A DNA stretch of 64,000 nt from Candidatus Bathyarchaeia archaeon (GTDB taxonomy: Archaea; Thermoproteota; Bathyarchaeia; Bathyarchaeales; Bathycorpusculaceae), in contig JAVZLH010000004.1 of NCBI GenBank assembly GCA_038883855.1, forward strand, positions 1-64,000, written 5' to 3'. Within the stretch, counting starts at the first letter, position 1. The number at the start of each line of letters is the position of its first letter. Of the stretch, positions 46,356 through 57,387 are shown in pieces. Below the pieces are notes generated by a model. It made no database searches, had not been told where the DNA came from, and was given only the letters and a program-made list of their open reading frames with translations. Both the position numbers and the translations under genes were made by a program.

Positions 46356-48218
46356 TTGTACGGCTATGCTGGAAAAATACTTCACATAGACTTAACAACG
46401 GGAAAAACCCGCACAGAGCCCTTAAACGAAGATTACGCTAAAAAATACATTGGCGGGATAGGTCTAGGAATGCGTCTATGGCTTGACCACTCAAAGGCTG
46501 GAGTAGACCCATTCAGCCCAGAAAACCCGCTAATTCTCACAACTGGACCCACTTCTGGAACAGTTTGGCCAACAGGCGGAAATGGACATGCCTTTGTTTC
46601 AAAATCGCCTCAAAGTTACGGAGTTGGAGAATCAAAGTCCCACGGGTCTTTCGGAACAGAACTGAAAAGGGCTGGATACGATGCGGTGATTTTTAAGGGT
46701 AAAGCCGAAAAACCCATTTACGTTTGGATCGACGACGATTCTGTTCAAATTTTAGATGCTTCACACCTATGGGGTAAATCGCCAGCTGACACTGAGGATA
46801 TTATAAAAGAGGAGTTGGGCGACTATTACATTCGCGTTGCTGCCATAGGTCAAGCAGGAGAAAAACTTGTGAGAATAGCGTGCATAATCAACGAAAAAAC
46901 AAGAGCAGCCGGAAGAACTGGAATGGGTGCAGTGATGGGGTCGAAGAATTTGAAGGCGATTGCCGTGCGAGGAACAAACGATGTCAAAGTTGCAAAACCA
47001 GACGAGTTCCTAGAATTCGTTAAGGAATTTCATGAGAGGATGAAGGGCCCAGCCACAAAGAAGTATCGAACATTAGGCACGCCGGAAAACGTTCTAGTGC
47101 ATAATGCTCTACAATGCATGCCAACAAGAAACTACAACAATGCTTACTTTGAAGCTGCAGAAAAAGTGAGCGGGGAAAAACTCAACGAGAGGTACGTAGC
47201 CAAAATTATAGGATGCAGTTCATGCGCCATGAGATGCGAACACATATGCGTCGTCCAAGAAGGGCCGTACAAAGGCGCCATGGCAAGAGTTGAGTACGAA
47301 CCCCTATGGGCTTTGGGACCATACTGCGGCGTCGACCGTCTTGACGCGATAATTAAGGCGTCGGAGCTCTGCAACTATTATGGTATTGACTCAATAAGCG
47401 CTGGCGTGATTGTCGGTTTCACCATGGACTGCTATGAAAATGGTATATTAACGGAGAAGGACTTGGATGGTTTAGAGGCACGCTTCGGAAACCACGAAGC
47501 CATGGTTAAGCTAGTTGAGAAAATTGGGAAGCGTGAGGGGATAGGCGACATTCTCGCTGAAGGAGTGAAATTCGCTGCTGAAAAAATAGGCAAAGGTTCA
47601 GAAAAGTTAGCCCAACACATTAAAGGAGTGGAAGTTACAGGCTACGACCTCAGATGCCTTAAGACCGCTGCATTAGGCTTTGCTGTTTCTTTCCGTGGAG
47701 CAGACCATAATAGGCACGGAGCTTACGCCTTTGATGTAAAAGGCAAAGTCAACCGCCTAAAGGCTGAGAAGGGCAGAGGCAAAATGGTTAAAGAAATCGA
47801 AGATGTCTATACAATAATTGACTCGATGATAATCTGTAAGTTCTCAAGGGGCACATACTACAAGGAATTTGAGGACTTGGCTAAGCTCTACACTCTTGTG
47901 ACAGGTTTTGAAACAACACCAGAGGAAATGAAAATCAAAGGCGAGAGGATAAACAACCTCGCTAGACTTTTCAACATTAGAGAAGGCTTAGGTAGAAAAG
48001 ATGACCATCTACCCTACAAAGTTATGCACATGCCAGTTCCAGATGAAGGGCCATCGAAAGGAGCTTATGTAAGCCAAGAAGAGTTGGATTTGCTTTTAGA
48101 CGACTACTACGAAGCCCGCGGATGGACAAAAGACGGAATACCCACAGTTGAAAAACTTAAAGAGTTGGGCATGGACGACCTAATCCACATAGTTGAAGGA
48201 AAAATCAAGGAGGCCTGA
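46356..48218 (+). CDS. Tungsten-dependent aldehyde:ferredoxin oxidoreductase family protein
   Basis: YGYAGKIL.IDL, LKRAGYD, AGRTGMGAVMGSKNLKA, CSSCAMRC, EYE, GIDSIS, YYEARGW. Confidence 0.95.
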   Translation: MYGYAGKILHIDLTTGKTRTEPLNEDYAKKYIGGIGLGMRLWLDHSKAGVDPFSPENPLILTTGPTSGTVWPTGGNGHAFVSKSPQSYGVGESKSHGSFGTELKRAGYDAVIFKGKAEKPIYVWIDDDSVQILDASHLWGKSPADTEDIIKEELGDYYIRVAAIGQAGEKLVRIACIINEKTRAAGRTGMGAVMGSKNLKAIAVRGTNDVKVAKPDEFLEFVKEFHERMKGPATKKYRTLGTPENVLVHNALQCMPTRNYNNAYFEAAEKVSGEKLNERYVAKIIGCSSCAMRCEHICVVQEGPYKGAMARVEYEPLWALGPYCGVDRLDAIIKASELCNYYGIDSISAGVIVGFTMDCYENGILTEKDLDGLEARFGNHEAMVKLVEKIGKREGIGDILAEGVKFAAEKIGKGSEKLAQHIKGVEVTGYDLRCLKTAALGFAVSFRGADHNRHGAYAFDVKGKVNRLKAEKGRGKMVKEIEDVYTIIDSMIICKFSRGTYYKEFEDLAKLYTLVTGFETTPEEMKIKGERINNLARLFNIREGLGRKDDHLPYKVMHMPVPDEGPSKGAYVSQEELDLLLDDYYEARGWTKDGIPTVEKLKELGMDDLIHIVEGKIKEA

Positions 48219-48233
48219 TGGAGAGGGTAAATA

Positions 48234-48743
48234 ATGGTGAAAATTCACGAAAGAAAATTTGTTTCCGCCGACCCAGACAAATGCGTTGGCTGCCAAGTCT
48301 GCGAATACATCTGTTCATGGGAAAAAGAGAAAGCCTTCAACCCGCTTAAATCAAGGATAAGAGTTGTAAGGCTAAACCCTCTGGTAAACCTCTCGCTTAC
48401 ATGTAGGCTTTGTGAAGAACCGCCGTGTGTCGCAGCTTGCCCAAGAGACGCCTTAACCCAGTCTGAAGAGACAGGCTTAATAATGGTTGATGAGGACAAG
48501 TGCAACGGTTGCGGATGGTGCATTGAAGCATGCGATTACGGAGCAATTTCGCTGCATCCAGAAAAGAAAGTTGTGTTCGTCTGCGATTTATGCAAAGATA
48601 AGGGCGAACCTCAATGTGTTAAATGGTGTCCAGAAGAAGCCCTAGACTTGGTCACAGCAGACGTTTTAGCTCAAAAGGCGAGAATAACCGCTACAAAGAA
48701 GTTGCTTCAAGAAGCTGCAAAAGTCGCTGCTCCTGCAACTTAG
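48234..48743 (+). CDS. 4x[4Fe-4S] ferredoxin-like subunit (DmsB/HybA-like), partner of AOR
   Basis: CVGCQVCEYIC, CRLCEEPPCVAAC, CNGCGWCIEAC, CDLC...CVKWC. Confidence 0.92.
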   Translation: MVKIHERKFVSADPDKCVGCQVCEYICSWEKEKAFNPLKSRIRVVRLNPLVNLSLTCRLCEEPPCVAACPRDALTQSEETGLIMVDEDKCNGCGWCIEACDYGAISLHPEKKVVFVCDLCKDKGEPQCVKWCPEEALDLVTADVLAQKARITATKKLLQEAAKVAAPAT

Positions 48744-48768
48744 CGGCCTTCCTTTTTCTACCCATTTC

Positions 48769-49263
48769 TTAAGGAAGAACTTTAAGCAAAGTTTTTACAA
48801 TTTTTTGTTCTGCCTTCCAAATTTCTAGTGTTAATCCTTCGCCGAAGTCTGTTTGCTTAGGCTCTATCAACAGCAAAGCAATTTTCGCCTTAACCGTTTG
48901 AGCCAAATGCTCACAAAAAACTCTTAAAGGAAGCATGTGAGTTGAAAACGCTGGAAAAATTTCTAGATGTTGCGGAAATGTGAGTTTTGATTCGCCCGGT
49001 TTTAATCCTAAAATTGCAGCGTCTATGAGGAGGACATGGGTCGGGTTGAAGTCGATTATTTGTTGGATGAAACCTTCTGGGACGGTTTCACACTCGATTA
49101 ACTGGACATTACTGGAGACTTTTCCATGCAGGTCTTGAACTATCTTGACGCCGATAAAATCGTCCATGCAAATAGGATTTCCAATCCCTGCTACAACAAC
49201 CCTTTTAGCGTCAACAAGCCATTTTTTTAACTCTTTTTGAAGGTTATATTTTCCACTGATCAA
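48769..49263 (-). CDS. Hydrogenase maturation endopeptidase (HycI-like)
   Basis: GIGNP...DD.IG, ETVPE, IDAA, STHMLPL; follows the hydrogenase large subunit. Confidence 0.9.
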   Translation of the reverse strand: MISGKYNLQKELKKWLVDAKRVVVAGIGNPICMDDFIGVKIVQDLHGKVSSNVQLIECETVPEGFIQQIIDFNPTHVLLIDAAILGLKPGESKLTFPQHLEIFPAFSTHMLPLRVFCEHLAQTVKAKIALLLIEPKQTDFGEGLTLEIWKAEQKIVKTLLKVLP

Positions 49264-49308
49264 CAGAGTTTCTCCAAAACCTAAAAAGATGGGGAGAAGG
49301 GAAAAAGT

Positions 49309-50760
49309 TTACCTTTGAACTTTCCTTAGCAGTTTCCCATCGCGACTGTAAATTTCCACGGTTAGGGGCATCTGCCCCACGGCAAAATGTGTTGCGCATC
49401 CAAAGCATGGGTCATAAGCCCTGAAAGCCATTTCCACCATGTTAAGCAAGCCTTGGTCAACTTTGCCCCCGTGGATTAAACCTTTAGCAGCATTACGAAC
49501 TGACATGTTTATCGACGGAGCATTATTAACTGTTGCCACAATCAAGTTTACGTCTTTTATTAACGCGTCCTCATCCAAAACATAATGATGAATCAACGTT
49601 CCTCTCGCAGCTTCAACCACACCTACACCTTCGCCGGGCCTCCCGGGCTTGTTGCGAACATCTTTGCTTGTGATCTCCGGGTCTTTAGCCAGTTCCAAAG
49701 TTCTTTCAGCAGCGTAAAGCAGTTCGATAAGCCTAGCCCAGTGATAAGCTAGTGTTGAGTGAACTGGCCGGCCTAAAGTCTTATACATCAACTCATACTC
49801 TTCTTGGGCAAGCGGTGTAGCCATACCATCTGAGGCGTTAAGCCTTCCAAGCGGTCCGACACGGTATGCCCCGCTTTCTGGACCGTCTACAAAGCCTTTC
49901 CAGCCGATTTTCTTTAGGTATGGAAGTTTTACGTAGGTCCATTCTTCTACATGTTCCGCTATGTGGTCTAGGTAGTTTTTCGCCTCAAACTTTGCGAACT
50001 CGTTTCCGTTTGGGTCGACGACCCGTATTTTGCCGTCGTAGAAGTTTACTTTGTTTTTCTCGTCAACCAAACCCATATAATAGGTTTTCAGCGTGTAGGC
50101 GTCGCTTTTAATTAAGTCAACGTATTTGCTGTTTCCAAGAACAACATCGTGGAACAGTTTTAACGAGAACTTAGCAAAGTTGACGGCTGAAGCCGCCATC
50201 TTCTCAATTTCTTGCCTATTCTCCTCGCTTAATGGCTTAGATATCCCGCCAGGTATTCCACATACCGGATGCGTTGCTTTTCCGCCGATTATTTCGGTTA
50301 TTCGTTGTCCATAGGCTCTGTGTTTTATGACTTCTTTGCCTATTTCTAATCCAGCCTTTTCAATAACGCCTAGAACGTTGCGTTTTTCCGGCGGTGCGTC
50401 TGGACCGACAACAAAGTCTGGTCCACCAAGATAATAAAAGTGCAGTGTATGGTCGTAGATGTAGTAGCCACAATACATAAGTTCCCGTAACTTTTTAGCT
50501 GCTGAGGGAGGCTCAACATTGAAGGCGGCGTCTAAAGCCTTTGTTCCAGCCATGTGGTGAGCGACGGGGCAGACTCCGCAGATTCTGCTCGTTAGAAGCG
50601 GCATGTCTTCAGCTTTTCTTCCGACGCAGAACCTTTCGAAGCCCCTCAGTTCTGGAATTTGCAGGTAGGCGTTTTCCACCTCACCGGCGTCGTTTAGGAA
50701 AATGGCTATTTTTCCGTGTCCCTCAAGTCTTGTTATTGGGTCTATGATTATTTCTTTCAT
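49309..50760 (-). CDS. mvhA: [NiFe]-hydrogenase large subunit, Mvh (group 3c-like)
   Basis: ITRLEGH, L1 RICGVC, L2 YDPCFGCATH with cleavable C-terminal tail. Confidence 0.93.
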   Translation of the reverse strand: MKEIIIDPITRLEGHGKIAIFLNDAGEVENAYLQIPELRGFERFCVGRKAEDMPLLTSRICGVCPVAHHMAGTKALDAAFNVEPPSAAKKLRELMYCGYYIYDHTLHFYYLGGPDFVVGPDAPPEKRNVLGVIEKAGLEIGKEVIKHRAYGQRITEIIGGKATHPVCGIPGGISKPLSEENRQEIEKMAASAVNFAKFSLKLFHDVVLGNSKYVDLIKSDAYTLKTYYMGLVDEKNKVNFYDGKIRVVDPNGNEFAKFEAKNYLDHIAEHVEEWTYVKLPYLKKIGWKGFVDGPESGAYRVGPLGRLNASDGMATPLAQEEYELMYKTLGRPVHSTLAYHWARLIELLYAAERTLELAKDPEITSKDVRNKPGRPGEGVGVVEAARGTLIHHYVLDEDALIKDVNLIVATVNNAPSINMSVRNAAKGLIHGGKVDQGLLNMVEMAFRAYDPCFGCATHFAVGQMPLTVEIYSRDGKLLRKVQR

Positions 50761-51737
50761 TTCATAACCCTCCTTCTAAGAATCGAAGCTGGTAAACCAT
50801 ACATGTAAAATGTTCCCACAGGGTCTTTTATCTGCGCTATAAGTTTCTCAACCTCTTCCTCCGTGTACTTTTCTTTCTCCTCTTCCAAGCCAAGTATCGA
50901 AGCCAAAGCACTTATCATCGCTGCACCTTGCTCTGGCGAGTTGGGGCATGGTCCACCGCAGCCTGTGCATGGCATGTCAGCTTTTAAGCATCTTGCTCCG
51001 CATCCGCCGCGGGTTGCTGGACCCATGCATAGTATTCCCTGCTCAAGTAGGCAACGTTCCGGCTCCGGAGCCTTCTCGTAAACTCGGTATATTTTTGAGA
51101 TTTTCTTATTCTCCTTCTTTCTTAGGCATTCGTCGCAAACAGATTTTAGCGGCGCGAGAACAGAGCCTTTTGGCGGAAGTTCTCCTTTGGCTATGGCTTC
51201 TATTGCGTAGAGTGTTCGTTCAACTGCTGGCGGACAGCCCGGTACATAATAGTCAACTTCCACTGTTTGGTCTAAGGTTTTGACGGTGTCGTAAAATTCT
51301 GGAATTTCCAGTTCTCCCTCTTTAACTTTGACTTTTGGTTTGGGTGTTACGCCGTTTGGGTTTACTGTGGAAAAAGTTTGCATGTAAACTTTTTCAAAAA
51401 TTTCCTTCTTGTTTGTGAGGTTCGCCAGTCCAGGTACGCCTCCTAAATGAGCACAGGCGCCGTAGGCAACGAGCACTTTTGATTTTTTCCTTAAAAGTTT
51501 CGCCATATGCTCTTGTTCTGAGTTGCGTATTCCACCGTTAAAGAAGCATACATCTATGTATTTGTCCGGCATGTTTTCAACATCTTTATATTTTATGTCC
51601 ATTGCTACCGGCCAGAAAACGACGTCGGCGATTTGCACTACGTCTAGGATTTTCTCGTTTATGTCTAAAACGGCGATTTCGCATCCGCCGCAGCTCGCAG
51701 CCCAGTAGAAGGCAATCTTTAATTTGTTTTTCTCCAT
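50757..51737 (-). CDS. mvhG: [NiFe]-hydrogenase small subunit
   Basis: ASCGGC, GACAHLGG, PGCPP, VCDEC, CMGPATRGGCGARC, PCTGCGG. Confidence 0.92.
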   Translation of the reverse strand: MEKNKLKIAFYWAASCGGCEIAVLDINEKILDVVQIADVVFWPVAMDIKYKDVENMPDKYIDVCFFNGGIRNSEQEHMAKLLRKKSKVLVAYGACAHLGGVPGLANLTNKKEIFEKVYMQTFSTVNPNGVTPKPKVKVKEGELEIPEFYDTVKTLDQTVEVDYYVPGCPPAVERTLYAIEAIAKGELPPKGSVLAPLKSVCDECLRKKENKKISKIYRVYEKAPEPERCLLEQGILCMGPATRGGCGARCLKADMPCTGCGGPCPNSPEQGAAMISALASILGLEEEKEKYTEEEVEKLIAQIKDPVGTFYMYGLPASILRRRVMK

Positions 51738-51750
51738 TTTGATTCCTCAA

Positions 51751-52626
51751 TTAAACGTTACTTAAAACTTCTGTGGGCTTAACTCTAAGCTCGTCGAATC
51801 CGAGTTCTTTAGGTTGGAAGCCCATGGCTAAACCCAGCAGCTGCGTGTAGTGTAGCACTGGGATGCCGAACTTCTCGTTAAAAGTTTTTTCTATTCTGGA
51901 TTGGTTAAGGTCGAACATTATGTGGCAGAATGGGCATATGGTAATCAGCGCCTGAGCTTTCACAGCCCTAATATTGCTGAGTTTTTCCTTTGCCATTTGG
52001 AATGGCACTTCCTCGTTTACGCCTATTATCGGGTTTCCACAACACTGAGTCTCATCCATGTAGTCTAGGCATTCAGCCCCGGTCAGCCTAATCAGTTCCT
52101 TAAGGGTTGTTGGGTTTTCAGGGTCGTCGCGGCCAACATACTTTGCTGGGCGGACGACGTGGCATCCGCTGTGTTGGGCAACTTGAAGTTTTGTTAGAGG
52201 CTTTTTAACAGCGCTTTTTATTTTCTCGAAGCCAACATCTTCAGCCAAAACATAGATTAGATGTTTAACTTCTATTGTCCCTTTGAACTCCATGCCCATT
52301 TCCTTTAAGTAACCGTTAATCTTCTCCCTCAACTTTTTGTCTTCTTTAAGCATCTTGTTTGTTTCGTTTAGGCTGCTGAAGCATCCGTTGCACAAAGTTA
52401 AGATGTTGAGGTTTTCTCTTTCAGCCAAGCAGAGGTTTCGCGCCGCCAAAGTCAACATTAACTCATGGTTTATTGGGTCCATTGGTAGCCCGCAACAGTT
52501 GAATTCTGGCATCTCAACAAGTTCAACTCCGAGCTTGCCAAGGACTTTTCTCGCTGAAACCTCGTAGCTTGAAAGCCTATATGGGACGACGCAGCCTAGG
52601 AATATGAGGTATTTTGGATTTGCCAT
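51751..52626 (-). CDS. hdrB: Heterodisulfide reductase subunit B
   Basis: FLGC, CCG, CNGC, HSGCH, CCG, CPFC (two CCG domains). Confidence 0.95.
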   Translation of the reverse strand: MANPKYLIFLGCVVPYRLSSYEVSARKVLGKLGVELVEMPEFNCCGLPMDPINHELMLTLAARNLCLAERENLNILTLCNGCFSSLNETNKMLKEDKKLREKINGYLKEMGMEFKGTIEVKHLIYVLAEDVGFEKIKSAVKKPLTKLQVAQHSGCHVVRPAKYVGRDDPENPTTLKELIRLTGAECLDYMDETQCCGNPIIGVNEEVPFQMAKEKLSNIRAVKAQALITICPFCHIMFDLNQSRIEKTFNEKFGIPVLHYTQLLGLAMGFQPKELGFDELRVKPTEVLSNV

Positions 52627-53180
52627 CAGCTTTTCACCTTCTCAAAAGTTTTCGCGTTTTCAAGAATCTTCGCCGAACCAGTAAGCTCAAATATTTTTGA
52701 AACGTCGGCGAGGTTTGGCTTTGGAAGAGGCGGTAAACCATCCTCCACCCTCTTTTTATGTCTTGACTCTGGAATGGCGTATACATAACCGCTTTTCAAA
52801 AGGTTAGTTGCCAACTCCTTGTAAACTAGAGGCATTATACCCTTATCTTTCGTAACCATGTTTCGTAAGGCGCGCACTATTCCAGCGATTTCAACACCCT
52901 GCGGACAGTGGTCAACACATGTGAAGCACGCTGTGCAAAGCCAAAGGGTGTCGTTTGACAAAAGCCTATCTTTTAGCCCAAGCTGCACCATTCTTGCTAT
53001 CTTTCTTGGTCTGTAAAAGTCGCTGAACCTTGAGATTGGGCAGTCGGCTGTGCATGTTCCACACTGGAAGCAGAGCATTATTTTTTCTGCGCCATGTATC
53101 TTACTCATTTCATACTTGAATTTGGGATCTAGTTCCTCAGCCTTTATCACGCTTGCAGCTTGCTCTTTAACTTCACTCAT
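52626..53180 (-). CDS. hdrC: Heterodisulfide reductase subunit C
   Basis: [26 protein letters not shown]. Confidence 0.95.
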   Translation of the reverse strand: MSEVKEQAASVIKAEELDPKFKYEMSKIHGAEKIMLCFQCGTCTADCPISRFSDFYRPRKIARMVQLGLKDRLLSNDTLWLCTACFTCVDHCPQGVEIAGIVRALRNMVTKDKGIMPLVYKELATNLLKSGYVYAIPESRHKKRVEDGLPPLPKPNLADVSKIFELTGSAKILENAKTFEKVKS

Positions 53181-53614
53181 TCGTTTTTCCCTCCACTCTT
53201 TAACGGGCTTGGACCAAGCTTTTTAATTTGTTCAACCATGTCCCTCACAACAGCGGCAAACTTGTCTCCTTCACTTGCCGAAACCCACTCCAGTCGCACA
53301 CGCTCCGGTTCTATTCCGAATTCCTGCAGAACCTTCTTTAGGAGCTTTACCCTTCTTAAAGCTTTAAAGTTCCCGCTGAGGTAATGGCAGTCTGATGGTA
53401 AATGACAGCCGGCGACGAGAACCCCGTCAGCTCCATCCTTGAAGGCTTCTAAAATGAAGGCTGGATCTACTCTGCCGCTGCACATTACGCGGATAATTCT
53501 TATGTGTGGCGGGTATTGGATGCGGCTTACACCAGCCAAGTCTGCTCCAGCATAGGCGCACCAGTTGCAGAGGAAGCCAACAATTTTTGGTTCGAAATTT
53601 TTTTCGCCGCTCAT
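53177..53614 (-). CDS. mvhD: Mvh hydrogenase delta [2Fe-2S] subunit
   Basis: [39 protein letters not shown]. Confidence 0.96.
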   Translation of the reverse strand: MSGEKNFEPKIVGFLCNWCAYAGADLAGVSRIQYPPHIRIIRVMCSGRVDPAFILEAFKDGADGVLVAGCHLPSDCHYLSGNFKALRRVKLLKKVLQEFGIEPERVRLEWVSASEGDKFAAVVRDMVEQIKKLGPSPLKSGGKNE

Positions 53615-56600
53615 GCTGTTGCCTCCTCCATTAAGGCTGCTCTAACTTGAGCCATTATCTCTTCAGTTGTGAAGTGACCTAGGATTATGGCTTTTGTTGG
53701 ACATGCTGTTCCGCAGACTCCGCATCCCTTGCAGAGGGCTTCAATTACGTGTGCAACTGGTTTGCCGTCTTTTTCTTTCATTTCTATCGCGCCGTAGGGA
53801 CATAGATATTCACAGATTCTACAACCACTACATAAATCTTCATCCACGTTTGCGATGATTCCCTCGGTTTCAAGCGTCTTTTTCGATAATATCGTTGCGG
53901 CTCTTGCTGCTGCAGCACACGCTTGAGCGATGCTTTCGTCAATGTATTTGGGGAGATGCGCCATTCCACATAGGAAGACGCCGTCTGTTTGGAAGTCTAC
54001 TGGTCTAAGCTTCATGTGGGCTTCTAGGAAGAAACCGTCTTTTGTCAGAGGCACTTTAAGCATTTCTGCTATGCGCTTATTATCTGGGTTTGGAACTGTG
54101 GCGGCGCTTAAAACAACGAGGTCTGGTTGGATTTCAATCTCCTCTTTAATCACTGGTTCATAGAATCTTACTTCGAGTTTTCCACCAGTGTTTGTAACTT
54201 TTGGCTTTCTTTCATCATCATAGTTTATGAACATGACGCCTTTTTCCGCTGCCTTGCGATAATAGTCCTCTTTGAAACCATAACTTCTAACATCCTTGTA
54301 GAGAACGTAAACATCTGTCTGGGGGCTGGTCTCCTTGATTTTTAACGCGTTTTTGATGGCCTGCCCGCAGCATATCCTAGCACAGTTAGGTCTTTCTTCC
54401 GTTCTTGCGCCGACACATTGTATCATGACAACTGTTTTTGCTTTGAATTCGCCTTTCGCAATTTTCTCTTCCAACTCGTGTTGCGTCACTACCCTTGGGT
54501 CTTTACCATATAAGTATTCGGTTGGCTTGTATTCAACAGCTCCAGTTGCAACGATAACCACACCATGCTCTATTTCCTTTTCCTCGCCATTTTCCACAAT
54601 TTTTGATTTAAAGTTGCCAACGAAACCGTTGACTTCAACGACTTCCGCTCCGAGGTGAACTTGTATCTTCTTGTTTTCCATAACCTCTTTAACTAGCTTG
54701 TTCAACTGTTCCTTCGGGTCTTCGCCTTCCAGCAGATAGTAGATTTTGCGCAGGTGTCCACCCAACTCTTTTTCGCGTTCTACAAGGTGAACTTCAAAGC
54801 CTTGCTTGGCAAGTTCTAGAGCTGCAGTCATGCCTGAAACTCCGCCGCCGATTATTAGGGCTACAGGCGTAACGCCTATCACTGGCTTCTTCAGAGGTTT
54901 CAGAAGCCTTGCTTTTGCAACCACTGACCGAACAAGGTCTTTGGCTTTTTCCGTTGCTTCCTTGGGCTGGTGCATATGCACCCAACTGCACTGGTCTCGG
55001 ATGTTCGCCATCTCAAAGAGGTAGGGGTTCAAGCCAGCCTCTTGAACGGTTTCTCTGAAAAGCGGCTCATGTGTCCTAGGAGTGCAGGAGGCGACAACAA
55101 CACGGTTAAGCTTATACTCTTGTATTTTCTCTTTTATCCTCTTTTGTGTGTCGTCAGAGCACGTGTAAAGGTTGTCTTCGGCGTAAACCACGTTTGGAAG
55201 TTTCCTCGCATATTCTACAACTTCCGGGACCCTTACTATTCCGCCGATGTTTATTCCACAGTGGCAAATGAAAACTCCTATACGCGGCTCTTCTTGGCTT
55301 ACGTCCCTTTCAGGCGGATACTCCTTAACCGTTACGAACTTTCCTCTTTCAGAAGCTATTATGGACATGGCTTTTGAGGCTGCAGCACTCGCCTGCGCAA
55401 CACTTTCAGGAATATCTTTCGGCGCGCTGAAAGCTCCACAGACAAATATGCCTGGCTTTGATGTTTCAAGGGGCGTGAAGGTTTTTGTTTCACAGAAATG
55501 ATATTTGTTAAGCTTTATCCCGAGGATTTTGGCAAGCTTTTCTATGTCTTTTGGCGGTTGCATTCCGGTGGAGAGAACAACCGTGTCGAACTCTTCTGTT
55601 TTCGGCGTTTCGTCCTCAACATAGTGGACGAAGAGGTTGTTTGTCGCCGGGTCTTCTGTTACGCTTGCAACCCTTGACCTCACAAACCTTATACCGTACT
55701 CCTCTTTTGCACGGTTGTAGTAGGCGTCAAACTCTTTTCCATAAGCGCGGATATCCATGTAGAAAATTGTGCAGTCAAGCTTTGTCGGCACATGTTCCTT
55801 AGCTATTATCGCCTCTTTAATGCCGTACATGCAGCACGCTGCAGAACAATAGTTGTTTCCGAGTTGCGCATCTCGTGAGCCAACACATTGAATGAAGGCT
55901 ATTTTCCGCGGGATTTCGCCGTCTGAAGGTCTTAGGACTATTCCGCCGTAGGGTCCTGAAGCGCTTAAAATGCGTTCGAACTCTATGCTTGTTACAACGT
56001 TTGGGAAGCGTCCATAACCATATTCGCTTTTGAGCCTAGCGTCGAAGGGTTCGAATCCTGGTGCTAGGATTATTGAGCCTACTTTTAGGGTTACTTCGCT
56101 GTCTTGCTGGTCGTATTCAACAGCCTTCGCCTTACATACTTCTTGACATGTTCTACAGCCTATGCATTTTTCTCGGTTTATTATGAACCTTAACGGAACT
56201 GCTTGTGGATACTCAACGTAGATGGCGCTTTTATCAGTCAAGCCTTTATTGTATGTGTCTATGGCTTCAACGGGACATTTTTGTGCGCACAGCCCGCAGC
56301 CGTTGCATTTTTCCTCGTTTATGTAACGGCTTCTTTTTCGAATTTTAACTTCGAAGTTTCCAGCTTCGCCTTCTAAGCCCACCACTTCGCTGTTCGTAAT
56401 CAAAGTTATGTTTGGGTGCCTTCCAGTTGTGACAAGCTTTGGTGCAAGAATACACATTGAACAGTCGTTTGTTGGGAACGTCTTGTCAAGTTGCGCCATT
56501 ACGCCGCCTATGCTAGGCGACTGGTCAACAAGGTACACTTTAAAGCCAGAGTCAGCCAAGTCTAGGGAAGCTTGTATTCCAGCGACGCCTCCGCCGACCA

Positions 56601-56631
56601 CGAGGACTGAACCTACTTTTTCCTTAGCCAT
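53611..56631 (-). CDS. hdrA: Large (about 1006 aa) heterodisulfide reductase subunit A with two FAD-binding modules
   Basis: GGGVAG...[34 protein letters not shown], a second GGGVSG/QCVGAR, and a C-terminal ferredoxin. Start ATG 56631. Confidence 0.93.
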   Translation of the reverse strand: MAKEKVGSVLVVGGGVAGIQASLDLADSGFKVYLVDQSPSIGGVMAQLDKTFPTNDCSMCILAPKLVTTGRHPNITLITNSEVVGLEGEAGNFEVKIRKRSRYINEEKCNGCGLCAQKCPVEAIDTYNKGLTDKSAIYVEYPQAVPLRFIINREKCIGCRTCQEVCKAKAVEYDQQDSEVTLKVGSIILAPGFEPFDARLKSEYGYGRFPNVVTSIEFERILSASGPYGGIVLRPSDGEIPRKIAFIQCVGSRDAQLGNNYCSAACCMYGIKEAIIAKEHVPTKLDCTIFYMDIRAYGKEFDAYYNRAKEEYGIRFVRSRVASVTEDPATNNLFVHYVEDETPKTEEFDTVVLSTGMQPPKDIEKLAKILGIKLNKYHFCETKTFTPLETSKPGIFVCGAFSAPKDIPESVAQASAAASKAMSIIASERGKFVTVKEYPPERDVSQEEPRIGVFICHCGINIGGIVRVPEVVEYARKLPNVVYAEDNLYTCSDDTQKRIKEKIQEYKLNRVVVASCTPRTHEPLFRETVQEAGLNPYLFEMANIRDQCSWVHMHQPKEATEKAKDLVRSVVAKARLLKPLKKPVIGVTPVALIIGGGVSGMTAALELAKQGFEVHLVEREKELGGHLRKIYYLLEGEDPKEQLNKLVKEVMENKKIQVHLGAEVVEVNGFVGNFKSKIVENGEEKEIEHGVVIVATGAVEYKPTEYLYGKDPRVVTQHELEEKIAKGEFKAKTVVMIQCVGARTEERPNCARICCGQAIKNALKIKETSPQTDVYVLYKDVRSYGFKEDYYRKAAEKGVMFINYDDERKPKVTNTGGKLEVRFYEPVIKEEIEIQPDLVVLSAATVPNPDNKRIAEMLKVPLTKDGFFLEAHMKLRPVDFQTDGVFLCGMAHLPKYIDESIAQACAAAARAATILSKKTLETEGIIANVDEDLCSGCRICEYLCPYGAIEMKEKDGKPVAHVIEALCKGCGVCGTACPTKAIILGHFTTEEIMAQVRAALMEEATA

Positions 56632-56632
56632 T

Positions 56633-57382
56633 TTACTTAACCTCCAAAGCTTTGTAAAGTGGAGTTGTTCCTTCAACCCTGTCTAGGGCTATCATCCCCT
56701 TTCTACGCATGTTAGTTATGTGTCGAAGAACTGCGGCTGGCTTAATGCCGAGGTTTTCGGCTAAAGCCTTAACTGAAAGGGGTTTATCCTTTGTGAGAAG
56801 GTGAATCTTATGTCGGATAAATTCTGCAGTAACGATTTCGTCTAATAAGGCGTCAAATTCCTCTTGTGGGATTTTTTCGCCATAGGCGTTTAGGAAGTTT
56901 GTCAGTTCTTCCTCCCTTCCCAAAAGAACTCTAAGTCTAAAATCTGATGCCGCGTTCTTTGCTGCCAGAATATTTTCTGAAATTTTTGATTTCGGCTCTT
57001 TCAATGGGGAAGCGCCAAGCTTCCAGATGTCTTCTGAAAACTCTCTTGCAAGGTAACTGAAACTTATCTCTTCCAATGGTGAAGACCAAAACAGTTTCAA
57101 GCGTTCAGGTTCAAGACCAGTTAAAGCCATCAGCTTCTTCAACATTTTGACAGCGCGTTCTGCTTGAAGGTTGCCGTCGACAAAGTGGCAGTCTGGCGGT
57201 TTGCATCCAACCAGCATTACGCCGTTTGCTCCCTTGGCGAATGTTTCTAAAACTATAACTGGGTCTATCCTTCCAACACATGCAACGCGGACAACGTTAA
57301 CGTTTGATGGAACATGTAATTCTTCTTGGCAGTAAGTCCAGTTACACATGAAACAAACAATTTTAGGCATGTTACGTTCCAT
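56633..57382 (-). CDS. MvhD-like [2Fe-2S] protein with C-terminal winged-helix-like domain
   Basis: FMCNW, RVACVGRIDP, GCKPPDCHF; C-terminal LSVKALAENLGIKPAAVLRHITNMRRKG. Start ATG 57382. Confidence 0.8.
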   Translation of the reverse strand: MERNMPKIVCFMCNWTYCQEELHVPSNVNVVRVACVGRIDPVIVLETFAKGANGVMLVGCKPPDCHFVDGNLQAERAVKMLKKLMALTGLEPERLKLFWSSPLEEISFSYLAREFSEDIWKLGASPLKEPKSKISENILAAKNAASDFRLRVLLGREEELTNFLNAYGEKIPQEEFDALLDEIVTAEFIRHKIHLLTKDKPLSVKALAENLGIKPAAVLRHITNMRRKGMIALDRVEGTTPLYKALEVK

Positions 57383-57387
57383 GCTTT